A stretch of DNA of 64,000 bases from a virus, in the IMG/VR virus record IMGVR_UViG_3300022902_000006, one strand, 5' to 3'. This document shows, piece by piece, positions 47,415-55,095 of the stretch (position 1 is its first letter; the number at the start of each line of letters is the position of its first letter). A program made the position numbers and the translations under genes. The notes under the pieces are model-generated. The model did no database searches. It was given only the letters and a program-made list of their open reading frames with translations, and had not been told where the DNA came from.

Positions 47415-48792
47415 TGCGCGCCTGCGCTTCCGCAATCTTGGTGAACAGCCGCTCGAAGGACTTCTCCGTGCTCAACGCCTGACTGATGCTGTAGATGTAG
47501 TCGTTGCTCTTCCCACCAATCTCCTCCGCCGCTGCCGTTAGTTTGGACACGATGAAGGACACCGCTGCGTCAGACGGGAGGTCCCCCATGAAGCGACCCA
47601 GGTTGCCCTTCACCTTCTGCGGGTCAGGGTTGGAGGTCATGAGTTCCACTGCCACGCCGGTGCACACCTCACTGATGACGTCGCTGCGCCCTTCCTCCAG
47701 CATGGCCAACACCTTCTTGCGGGCACGCCCCTTGGTGCTGTACTCGTACACGATCTCACTGGGAGTGATGAGGCTCGCCTTGTTCTTGACGAACTCCAAG
47801 AAGCGCACAGCGGGGGTGCGCCCAATGAGACCTTGCATGGTGGTGGAGAGCGCTCGGTTAGCGTGAATGTCTTCACGCAGCTTGTCAGCAGTCTTGCACA
47901 GGTCGCTCACCGCTTCCCAACCTGCCGGGGAGGGGTACTGCTTACCTGCGTCACGAAGAGCCGAGTCGTGCAGCTCCTTGCCCGAGGATTTGATGTACTC
48001 AACAACCAGGGGGTGGAAGTCGCCCTCACCCTGTGCGTAATTGACCCAGGAAGCGGCGTTGATGTTCACGGGGAGGAAGCAGATGCGGCGGCGAAACGCC
48101 GGGTCACGCTCAGGCTCAGAGACGGAGTACGCAGCGCCGCTGGGGTTCATCGCGCACACCACCTGGATGCCCTCGGGGATGGTGTAGGAGTGGATGCGCC
48201 GATCGCCGAGCAGGGTGAAGAACACCTTGATGACTCCCATGTCAGCGCGATTCCACTCGTCGAAGAAGAGGAGACCCTCGGGTGGCAAGTTCAGGAGATC
48301 GTTCTGCAGCAGGAACTCGAAGGCACCCTCATCCTTTGTGCCCAACGTCCGGATGTGTTCCATAGTCAGAGCGATTTGTACCTCTGCCTCTGCGACGTTG
48401 TCAGCAGCCTCGGTACCGTTGCCCTGCGCGAGGTAGTAGTTCTTCACGTCCATCCAACGCGTAACCTGCTCAAGCAGGCGTGCCCTACGCGCAGACGCTG
48501 GAGCGGGAATGGCCACATCCTCGGGCTGCAAGTGCTGCAAGTTCTTCTCAATGCACGGGACTGATGTTTCCCACAGCTTTCCGTTCCAGTGGAAAGGCTC
48601 CGCTGGCACGCGACTCTCTGCGACCTGCCTGCAGATGTCCGTCTTACCCATTCCGGAGGTACCAGTGAGGCAGCAAACGCTGCGGTGGTTGTACCTGTTC
48701 ACCTCGATGACTTCACGCGCAGTGGTCAATCCAACTGCGGGGACACCCATCTTCTGGTGAAACTGATCTTCACGAACTTCTCGGTCAGCCAT
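47374..48792 (-). CDS. MoxR/dynein-related AAA+ ATPase
   Basis: Walker A GTSGMGKT, Walker B LLFFDEWNRA, sensor I AMNP, Arg finger AFRRR, PSPAGWE. Confidence 0.88.
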   Translation of the reverse strand: MADREVREDQFHQKMGVPAVGLTTAREVIEVNRYNHRSVCCLTGTSGMGKTDICRQVAESRVPAEPFHWNGKLWETSVPCIEKNLQHLQPEDVAIPAPASARRARLLEQVTRWMDVKNYYLAQGNGTEAADNVAEAEVQIALTMEHIRTLGTKDEGAFEFLLQNDLLNLPPEGLLFFDEWNRADMGVIKVFFTLLGDRRIHSYTIPEGIQVVCAMNPSGAAYSVSEPERDPAFRRRICFLPVNINAASWVNYAQGEGDFHPLVVEYIKSSGKELHDSALRDAGKQYPSPAGWEAVSDLCKTADKLREDIHANRALSTTMQGLIGRTPAVRFLEFVKNKASLITPSEIVYEYSTKGRARKKVLAMLEEGRSDVISEVCTGVAVELMTSNPDPQKVKGNLGRFMGDLPSDAAVSFIVSKLTAAAEEIGGKSNDYIYSISQALSTEKSFERLFTKIAEAQARIKQSAGSPDALAT

Positions 48793-48805
48793 TTATCCTC
48801 TTCCT

Positions 48806-49225
48806 CTATATCCATTGGTTGTCAGGATGACGATGGTCTACGTGGTCTCCATCCAGGGGCACAGACGCGAGGTACGCCTTGGTGTCTGGAGCAAGAACCG
48901 CATTGATTGCACACACAACATTGGCAGCATCCGCACCGTTGGGTAGGTCCATCTTTCCTTGCAGGTACCCCTTGTTGATACGCCCTGTGGGGTAAGGTAG
49001 ACGAAGACACCCTTTGCCTTCAATAGCTAGAATCACGCGTCGGTTTCCAAAGGGGGTAGCGCCCGCATATTCCACCGCTCGCGTAGGGACAATAAGGATG
49101 TCGTGACATGTTGCTTGTGCTGCAAAATCCATGAACACTACGTGCCCCGCTCTCACTCGCTGATTCAGCAAGGTCAACAAAGGGACGTTCGTAAGCCGTA
49201 CGCAATCAGGTCTTTCCGTTGTCAT
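48806..49225 (-). CDS. hypothetical protein (139 aa)
   Basis: GGAGG RBS; upstream of AAA on same strand. Confidence 0.6.
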   Translation of the reverse strand: MTTERPDCVRLTNVPLLTLLNQRVRAGHVVFMDFAAQATCHDILIVPTRAVEYAGATPFGNRRVILAIEGKGCLRLPYPTGRINKGYLQGKMDLPNGADAANVVCAINAVLAPDTKAYLASVPLDGDHVDHRHPDNQWI

Positions 49226-49253
49226 CCTCCATATCCTCTAGTATGTTGAATCT

Positions 49254-50801
49254 GTGCAATTTCCTCCACGACTGCGCTCTGAACTAGCGCAGAAATTACT
49301 GTACCTGGACGGGGAGCCCTTCACGCTCCAGGACTATCCGTTCTTCCGTGCCGTGTACGACGGGAACTTTTCTGAGGTCCTCCTCAAATGTGCACGACAG
49401 GTAGCTAAGACCACCACTCTCTGCAACTTCATCATTAGCGAGAGTCTCGGCATCCCCCACTTCAAAAGCCTTTACCTCTCCCCGAGTCAGGAACAAACGC
49501 AGTCGTTTTCCAATACCCGTCTCGGGAAGGTGGTGCACTACTCCCCCATCGTGCGTAGATACTTCTCAGTCTCCGACTTCACGCACCGCACCATGCTTCG
49601 TATGTTTCGTAACGGATCCGAGGTGAAGCTCACCTACGCCACTGATAACCCCGATCGTGCACGCGGCAACTCGGCTGACCGGGTGCTGTACGATGAGGTA
49701 CAGGACATCCTCTACCGCGAGGTCATCCCTGTTGTGAATGAGTGCATGGCGAACTCGTCATACCAGTGTGAGATATACGCGGGCACACCCAAGACGATGG
49801 AAAACACCATCGAATACCTGTGGAGCCTCTCCACGCAGTCGGAGTGGATCATACAGTGCACAGGGTGTGGCAAGCACCAATTCATTGAGGGGGTGCGCTC
49901 GCTAGGAAAACACGGACCCATCTGTTTGCACTGTGGAAAAGGGCTCAACCCGCGCCTGGGCCAGTGGTACGACTTCAATAAAGAATCGACCATGAAAGGC
50001 TTCCACGTCTCCCAGCCCATGCTCCCACTGAACTGCGAGAACCCTCATCGCTGGGGCAAGCTGCTGACCAAGGTAGAGCGTTATCCTGAATCACGCCTCA
50101 AGAATGAGGTGTTCGGTGTCTCCGACGCAATCGGCGCACGCCTGATTAGCAAAGACGAACTGGAGAGTCTGTGTGAAAACTACGACATCTTCCGCACACC
50201 ACCCCCTACAGCCCAGGAACAATTCTCCCATGTTGTAGCGGGGGTCGACTGGTCCGGCGGCGGTGTAACAGGGGTCAGCCGCACTGTCCTTTGGATCTTC
50301 GGCGTTACCAAGGACCACCGACTCAAGACCCTCTACTTTCGGATTTACCCCGTAACCAGCCCGGTCACCATCGTGGACGACATGGTAGAGGTGATGAACA
50401 ACTACCAGGTGGAGCGCGTTGTAGGCGACCGGGGAGAGGGGCACCTGGGCAACGACCAGCTCCGACACAAGATGGGGAAACACCGTGTTACCGAGGTACA
50501 GTACGGAGCACAAGCGAGCGCCATCTCGTGGAACGACTTGGGCAGCTTCTACACCGTGGACCGCACCATTGTAATGGACAATTACTTCATGGTACTGAAG
50601 AGGGGGGCTGTTGTGTACCCCAACCTCTCATACATGACAGTGCCCATCCAAGACATCCTGAACCTCTACGAAGAGGTCACAAAGGTGGGCCGCAAGGTGT
50701 GGCGACACGCGCCTACACAACCTGACGACTCCTACCACGCACAGCTATTCGCCTGGCTTGCTGCAAAGATGATTCTGATGGACCTGTCGTTCAACGGATA
50801 A
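49254..50801 (+). CDS. terminase large subunit (lambda GpA-like)
   Basis: Walker A ARQVAKT, RARGNSADRVLYDE Walker B, AGTP coupling motif, CTGC..CLHC Zn ribbon, AGVDW nuclease motif, PDDSYHA. Confidence 0.88.
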   Translation: MQFPPRLRSELAQKLLYLDGEPFTLQDYPFFRAVYDGNFSEVLLKCARQVAKTTTLCNFIISESLGIPHFKSLYLSPSQEQTQSFSNTRLGKVVHYSPIVRRYFSVSDFTHRTMLRMFRNGSEVKLTYATDNPDRARGNSADRVLYDEVQDILYREVIPVVNECMANSSYQCEIYAGTPKTMENTIEYLWSLSTQSEWIIQCTGCGKHQFIEGVRSLGKHGPICLHCGKGLNPRLGQWYDFNKESTMKGFHVSQPMLPLNCENPHRWGKLLTKVERYPESRLKNEVFGVSDAIGARLISKDELESLCENYDIFRTPPPTAQEQFSHVVAGVDWSGGGVTGVSRTVLWIFGVTKDHRLKTLYFRIYPVTSPVTIVDDMVEVMNNYQVERVVGDRGEGHLGNDQLRHKMGKHRVTEVQYGAQASAISWNDLGSFYTVDRTIVMDNYFMVLKRGAVVYPNLSYMTVPIQDILNLYEEVTKVGRKVWRHAPTQPDDSYHAQLFAWLAAKMILMDLSFNG

Positions 50802-50802
50802 C

Positions 50803-51022
50803 TGATCTCACTTTCGGTAAACCTTGCGTTCCGGTCACCAACCGAGCGGTGAAGTTTCTTTGGTCGATGGTGGCTGGAGTGCCCACAGACGCGATCGGGT
50901 AAAGAAACTTTACCGCGACGGGCGGGGACCGGAAGGGATTGTTTGCTGACCGATTGTTTATTTCCCATCTGGGGGTGTAGCACCCCCTAAGCCCACTACG
51001 GCTGGCTTATTCACTGAGATCA
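50803..51022 (-). ncRNA. putative retron msr-msd non-coding RNA
   Basis: Terminal inverted repeat TGATCTCA (50803-10) / TGAGATCA (51015-22); on minus strand: arm, unpaired G (51014), two short hairpins (51009-50988, 50987-50971), spacer, about 106-nt long hairpin (50829-50934), arm. Confidence 0.65.
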
Positions 51023-51171
51023 AATAGGCAGGTGTCCTACTGGGAGTACGGGGTGCTCACTGTATTTTCTGTCTTCCAGCGGCCCGATTTTCAAGGCGCC
51101 TTTCTTTAACCCCTAACCTCGAATGCACCCCTTTTCTTATAGGGTGATAATAAATTCGAACTTATAGGGAT

Positions 51172-51201
51172 AAAGGAAAAGTTGCTGGCGTTGCGCCAGC
51201 A
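51172..51201 (-). terminator. intrinsic terminator after the polymerase operon
   Basis: 8-bp stem TGCTGGCG-CAA-CGCCAGCA followed by ACTTTTCCTTT on minus strand. Confidence 0.7.
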
Positions 51202-51236
51202 TCCTTCAGAATGCGAAGGTGACTGAGCAGTAGACG

Positions 51237-52181
51237 TTAGCTCTCAGCCCCGTCGTCGCTTGGCGGTGCATCAGCAGATGGTGTCGACAATGCTTCGCGA
51301 GCCTGCTGCGAAGCACGCATTGCTGTCATCTGCTGCAACTGCCGCGCCCGTTGAAGCTGATCGGCTTCTCCGGACTTCAACGTCGGGGTGAGTCCGAACA
51401 GGGCTAAGCGCACCGTCTCCAGACCGACTGACCGGACCTCGGCGTTAGCCGGATAGTCCACGTCGATGTGGTGGTATGCGCTCATGGACCGGTACTCGTA
51501 GTTTCCGTCCCGGTTTGCTTGCACGAAGTCGGCGAAAGCTAACGCCACGCTTTCCTGCGGTGCGCTCTCCCCCGTACACGAACTCCGGTACAGGGTGAAG
51601 TCGAGCCCACCAAAAGCGATTGGTAAGAAATGCACACGGCCCTGCTCAATGTTGGGGTCGAGCAGGGTCGGGGAGTACAGTACGGCACGATTGGAATCCT
51701 GGGACTTGAGTGCACCCAAGATGGGACCTCGGAACGAATGGAAAACCCGCAGCTCCATTCCGTCCATCTTTACCTTATGGGTGTACATGACAGGCAACCA
51801 CACGTTCATCTTCACCAGCGGGGGCTTTGCCTCTTCATCGGCGTCATGCGCCGCCTTGAGACCCTCCCATGCGGACAACGCGGCCTGATACTTCTGGGTT
51901 TCCAGATCAGTAGCATCAGCGCCGGGGTCCACGGGCTGCGGGGTTGGAAATGGGGTAACGGGTACGACGACGGGTTCACTGATCTGATTCTCAGACGGCA
52001 CCAGCGATACTTCATCCTCCGGAATAACGATCTCGCTGCTGCGCTGCCCGGTCATCTCCTGTGTGAACTCGAAGGAGTGCCCACCCACCTCATGCCTCTT
52101 GGTGAACAGGTGGCTGTTACTGGAAGCTGAGCCTCGCTGCTGCTTCTGCTTCCCTTTCTTCTTGTTGGCCTGTCGTGTCAT
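51237..52181 (-). CDS. hypothetical protein (314 aa)
   Basis: Basic N-terminus, Pro-rich linker; overlaps polymerase 3' end by 65 nt. Confidence 0.65.
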   Translation of the reverse strand: MTRQANKKKGKQKQQRGSASSNSHLFTKRHEVGGHSFEFTQEMTGQRSSEIVIPEDEVSLVPSENQISEPVVVPVTPFPTPQPVDPGADATDLETQKYQAALSAWEGLKAAHDADEEAKPPLVKMNVWLPVMYTHKVKMDGMELRVFHSFRGPILGALKSQDSNRAVLYSPTLLDPNIEQGRVHFLPIAFGGLDFTLYRSSCTGESAPQESVALAFADFVQANRDGNYEYRSMSAYHHIDVDYPANAEVRSVGLETVRLALFGLTPTLKSGEADQLQRARQLQQMTAMRASQQAREALSTPSADAPPSDDGAES

Positions 52182-55095
52182 GTGTGTGTCCTTTCAAGTA
52201 GTCGTCGATGGGGTTTACCTCACCGTAGTTTGGACCCGCATCAACATCCCAGAGAAACGGTACCGTGAGCCAGTTAAACCTCTTTGCTACTCGGCGAGTG
52301 CCGTACTCATAAATAACATCTTTGATCTGCGAAGTGTACTTGTGTGGGATTGAAAACACAATGGAATCGTGCACGGTTGCATGGTAAGCGCCGCCCATGT
52401 CGTTGGTGACCACGGGGAACAGCTCATTCATGACCCACAATACGATGTCTGAACTGGTGCTTTGAATCTTGAAATTCACGCCCTGCCGAAAACAGCGATT
52501 GCGAAACATGTACTGGTCGGCGAGCGGGAACCGGCGTTTCCGTCCTGTCTTGGTGTACAGGCTCTTGAACAACCGGATTTCATTATGCGTAGCTTGGATG
52601 TACTCAGGGATGGAAGGAAACATCTTGAACATCAAGTTGATGACGTCCTGTGCCTCTTCTTCTGAGATCCCTGCCGTTAGCGAAATGGTGTACTTGCCTG
52701 CACCATACAACACACCAAACACAACGCGCTTGGTAATGGTGCGCTTCATCTTCAGGAAATCACGGCGTTCCTTGGGGATGCTCTTATCGCCACGCTTCGC
52801 CGCTACGATTTCATCGTAGTCCAGGCCGAAGACCTTGGAAGCGAAGAAGGAGTGAGTGTCCATCCCGGCCAGGATGGCGTCGATGAGCTGCTTATCTTTC
52901 GCGTACGCAGCGAAGATGCGAACCTCTGCACCTTGCGCGTCAGTGTCGATGAGCGTCATTCCAGGCAGGGGCCTGAAGATCTTCTTGATGTTGTGCCCTG
53001 CCAGCCAATGCGGGATGTTCTGCAGGTTTTCGTCTGACGACGACAAGCGCCCCGAGTTGGTACCGATGATATGCACTGAGGCGTGCATCCTACCGTCGAT
53101 GCGTGCGTGGTCTCGCACATTAACGAGGAAGGGGCTCCGCGCTTTAGATGCTTTACGGTGCGTCAGGAGGAGCTTCGGGAAGTTATACCCATACTGCTTT
53201 TGGATGTAGAGCAGCGTATCTTCATCTGCGCTGACACCCGTCTTGGTGCGTTTAATGTCGTCGGTGAGGGGTACCACAACCCGCTGTCCGTCTTCGACGA
53301 ACCCTGTGTTGAACAGGATGTTAGAGACTTGCGGAAAGCTGGAGACATCAAAGGGGCTACCGACGCTTTCGTATAGCTCCCTCTCCGCCTTATCAATCTC
53401 ACCCTGGAGGGCCGTATCCACGGACTCCAAATACGGAAGGTCTACAGGGAACCCCGTATACTTCATCCGCGATAGCGTATTACTGGTAGGGATGACGTGG
53501 GTACGCATAAGGCGCCCCACGGGACGACTATCCGACGCACGCTCTACCCCGAGAACAGTCCTGCGCAAGCGTAGGTCCGTAGCATGCTCCGCCCGAAGAC
53601 GCCGCACCTGGTGCAAAACGTGCTGACGCGTTACGTCGGCATCGATAGCAGCGTAGAACTCCAGGTCCGGGATAGGAATCTTCGTGTAGTCGAAGGGCTC
53701 TTTTGCGGTTGGGCGTGATGGTGGCTTGGGTGCTCGTGGCTTGGGCGGTTTTTTCCCCCACGCAGCCTTATCCATGCGCCGCTTCTCTGACTTCGCCAGT
53801 ATCTTTTCAGCGGCTTTCGCACCATGCCACTTATCCATCGCAGCGCTGTACCGTGCGTACAGGGGTTCGTACGTGGTCTGCTTTACGGCGTAAATCCGCA
53901 GCCGATCCTCGTACTTTTCCATGGCTTTACGAAAGCGCTTTGCTTCCTGCGCCCTAGTCCCACTGCCGTAGCGCTCCCGCTCTTCATCAACCTTGTCTTC
54001 GTACCCCGCGTACTTGGGGAGGCGTGCTCGGGTCAAGTTCTTCAAGCCGTACTGGCCTTTCTTGTCCTCCTCCAAGAGGTGCTCACCGGGCATGGTGTCC
54101 CACGCCACATTCTCCAGGGGCCACCCGTACGCACACTCAATCATCTGCGAGTCGTACTGATGGTTGTGCAGCGCTTTGGGCTTCTTGGACGCCAAGACTT
54201 GGATAACCCAGTATTTGACCTCTTCCAACTCTTCTGGAGTCCACCACGCATCTGGGTGGTCTAGGATGATGGTTGTAGCTAACCGCTCATCCCACGCAAA
54301 AGAGATGGCAATCATCAACCGTGTAGGGTCCCAAGGTTCCAAGGTGTTCGTCTCAGTATCCACTGAGATGAGGTGCGCTTCAGGGTCCCCACCATTCACT
54401 GAGTACCCAATGATTTCTGTGCACACATCTTTGACTTCATCCACGGTGCGCGGAAAGATGTAGGTCTCTCGCAGGTACGCCTCGCTGTGCTTGTCCGCAC
54501 CGAGCCCACCGCCCTCAGCGAACGCAAACGCTTTGGTCAGGTCCCGGCACATCTCATCGAACAAGCCCGGTTTGGCCAACACTGCTTTGGGTGCGAGGGT
54601 GGGGCACACATAGAACTGCTGACGGCGCACGGCACCCTGAACAAAAGTACCTCTCACACTTTCGAAATTCTTTATATGAGGGAGGAGAACCTCGGTCGCC
54701 GCTGCACCGAATGGGATGATCAGCGTGGGCTTCAGCGTTTGAATCAGCGCATCCAGGTGCACCTTGCACTTATCGTGCGCGGCCTTGCTTGGCTTCTCCG
54801 ACGCACACTGGACCGTGTACGCCTTGTGTACCTGGAGGGCGTTGAAACGCGCCATACCTTCTGGGGTACTATCGTACTCCTTACGCACGGCGTTATACGC
54901 TGCTTGTATAACCTTACCAGGACGGTCCAGGAAAGGGACAAGCTGACTGGAGTATTCGAGGTCTGGAGCTTCGCCTAAAAGGAGTACCGTGGTGCCACCC
55001 GGGGCAGGAATCGCATCAGGGTGCACCCGTATCGGCTCTTCGAAGAGCGGACAACCTTGGCATGCAATTGGTTTTAACGGAGTGACATTTCCCAT
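52117..55095 (-). CDS. family A DNA polymerase with N-terminal family-4 UDG-like domain and 3'-5' exonuclease (SPO1 gp31-like architecture)
   Basis: CQGCP..GEAP UDG-like domain; VDTET, HNHQYD exonuclease; GRLSSSDENLQNIP, DAQGAEVR, KRVVFGVLYG, VNFKIQS, TVHDS. Confidence 0.92.
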   Translation of the reverse strand: MGNVTPLKPIACQGCPLFEEPIRVHPDAIPAPGGTTVLLLGEAPDLEYSSQLVPFLDRPGKVIQAAYNAVRKEYDSTPEGMARFNALQVHKAYTVQCASEKPSKAAHDKCKVHLDALIQTLKPTLIIPFGAAATEVLLPHIKNFESVRGTFVQGAVRRQQFYVCPTLAPKAVLAKPGLFDEMCRDLTKAFAFAEGGGLGADKHSEAYLRETYIFPRTVDEVKDVCTEIIGYSVNGGDPEAHLISVDTETNTLEPWDPTRLMIAISFAWDERLATTIILDHPDAWWTPEELEEVKYWVIQVLASKKPKALHNHQYDSQMIECAYGWPLENVAWDTMPGEHLLEEDKKGQYGLKNLTRARLPKYAGYEDKVDEERERYGSGTRAQEAKRFRKAMEKYEDRLRIYAVKQTTYEPLYARYSAAMDKWHGAKAAEKILAKSEKRRMDKAAWGKKPPKPRAPKPPSRPTAKEPFDYTKIPIPDLEFYAAIDADVTRQHVLHQVRRLRAEHATDLRLRRTVLGVERASDSRPVGRLMRTHVIPTSNTLSRMKYTGFPVDLPYLESVDTALQGEIDKAERELYESVGSPFDVSSFPQVSNILFNTGFVEDGQRVVVPLTDDIKRTKTGVSADEDTLLYIQKQYGYNFPKLLLTHRKASKARSPFLVNVRDHARIDGRMHASVHIIGTNSGRLSSSDENLQNIPHWLAGHNIKKIFRPLPGMTLIDTDAQGAEVRIFAAYAKDKQLIDAILAGMDTHSFFASKVFGLDYDEIVAAKRGDKSIPKERRDFLKMKRTITKRVVFGVLYGAGKYTISLTAGISEEEAQDVINLMFKMFPSIPEYIQATHNEIRLFKSLYTKTGRKRRFPLADQYMFRNRCFRQGVNFKIQSTSSDIVLWVMNELFPVVTNDMGGAYHATVHDSIVFSIPHKYTSQIKDVIYEYGTRRVAKRFNWLTVPFLWDVDAGPNYGEVNPIDDYLKGHTHDTTGQQEEREAEAAARLSFQ

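Noticed and set aside
35518-55095. Inteins or introns in NrdJ, terminase or DNA polymerase
   Set aside because: No C/S...HN splice junctions or LAGLIDADG/HNH motifs; lengths are compatible with uninterrupted proteins
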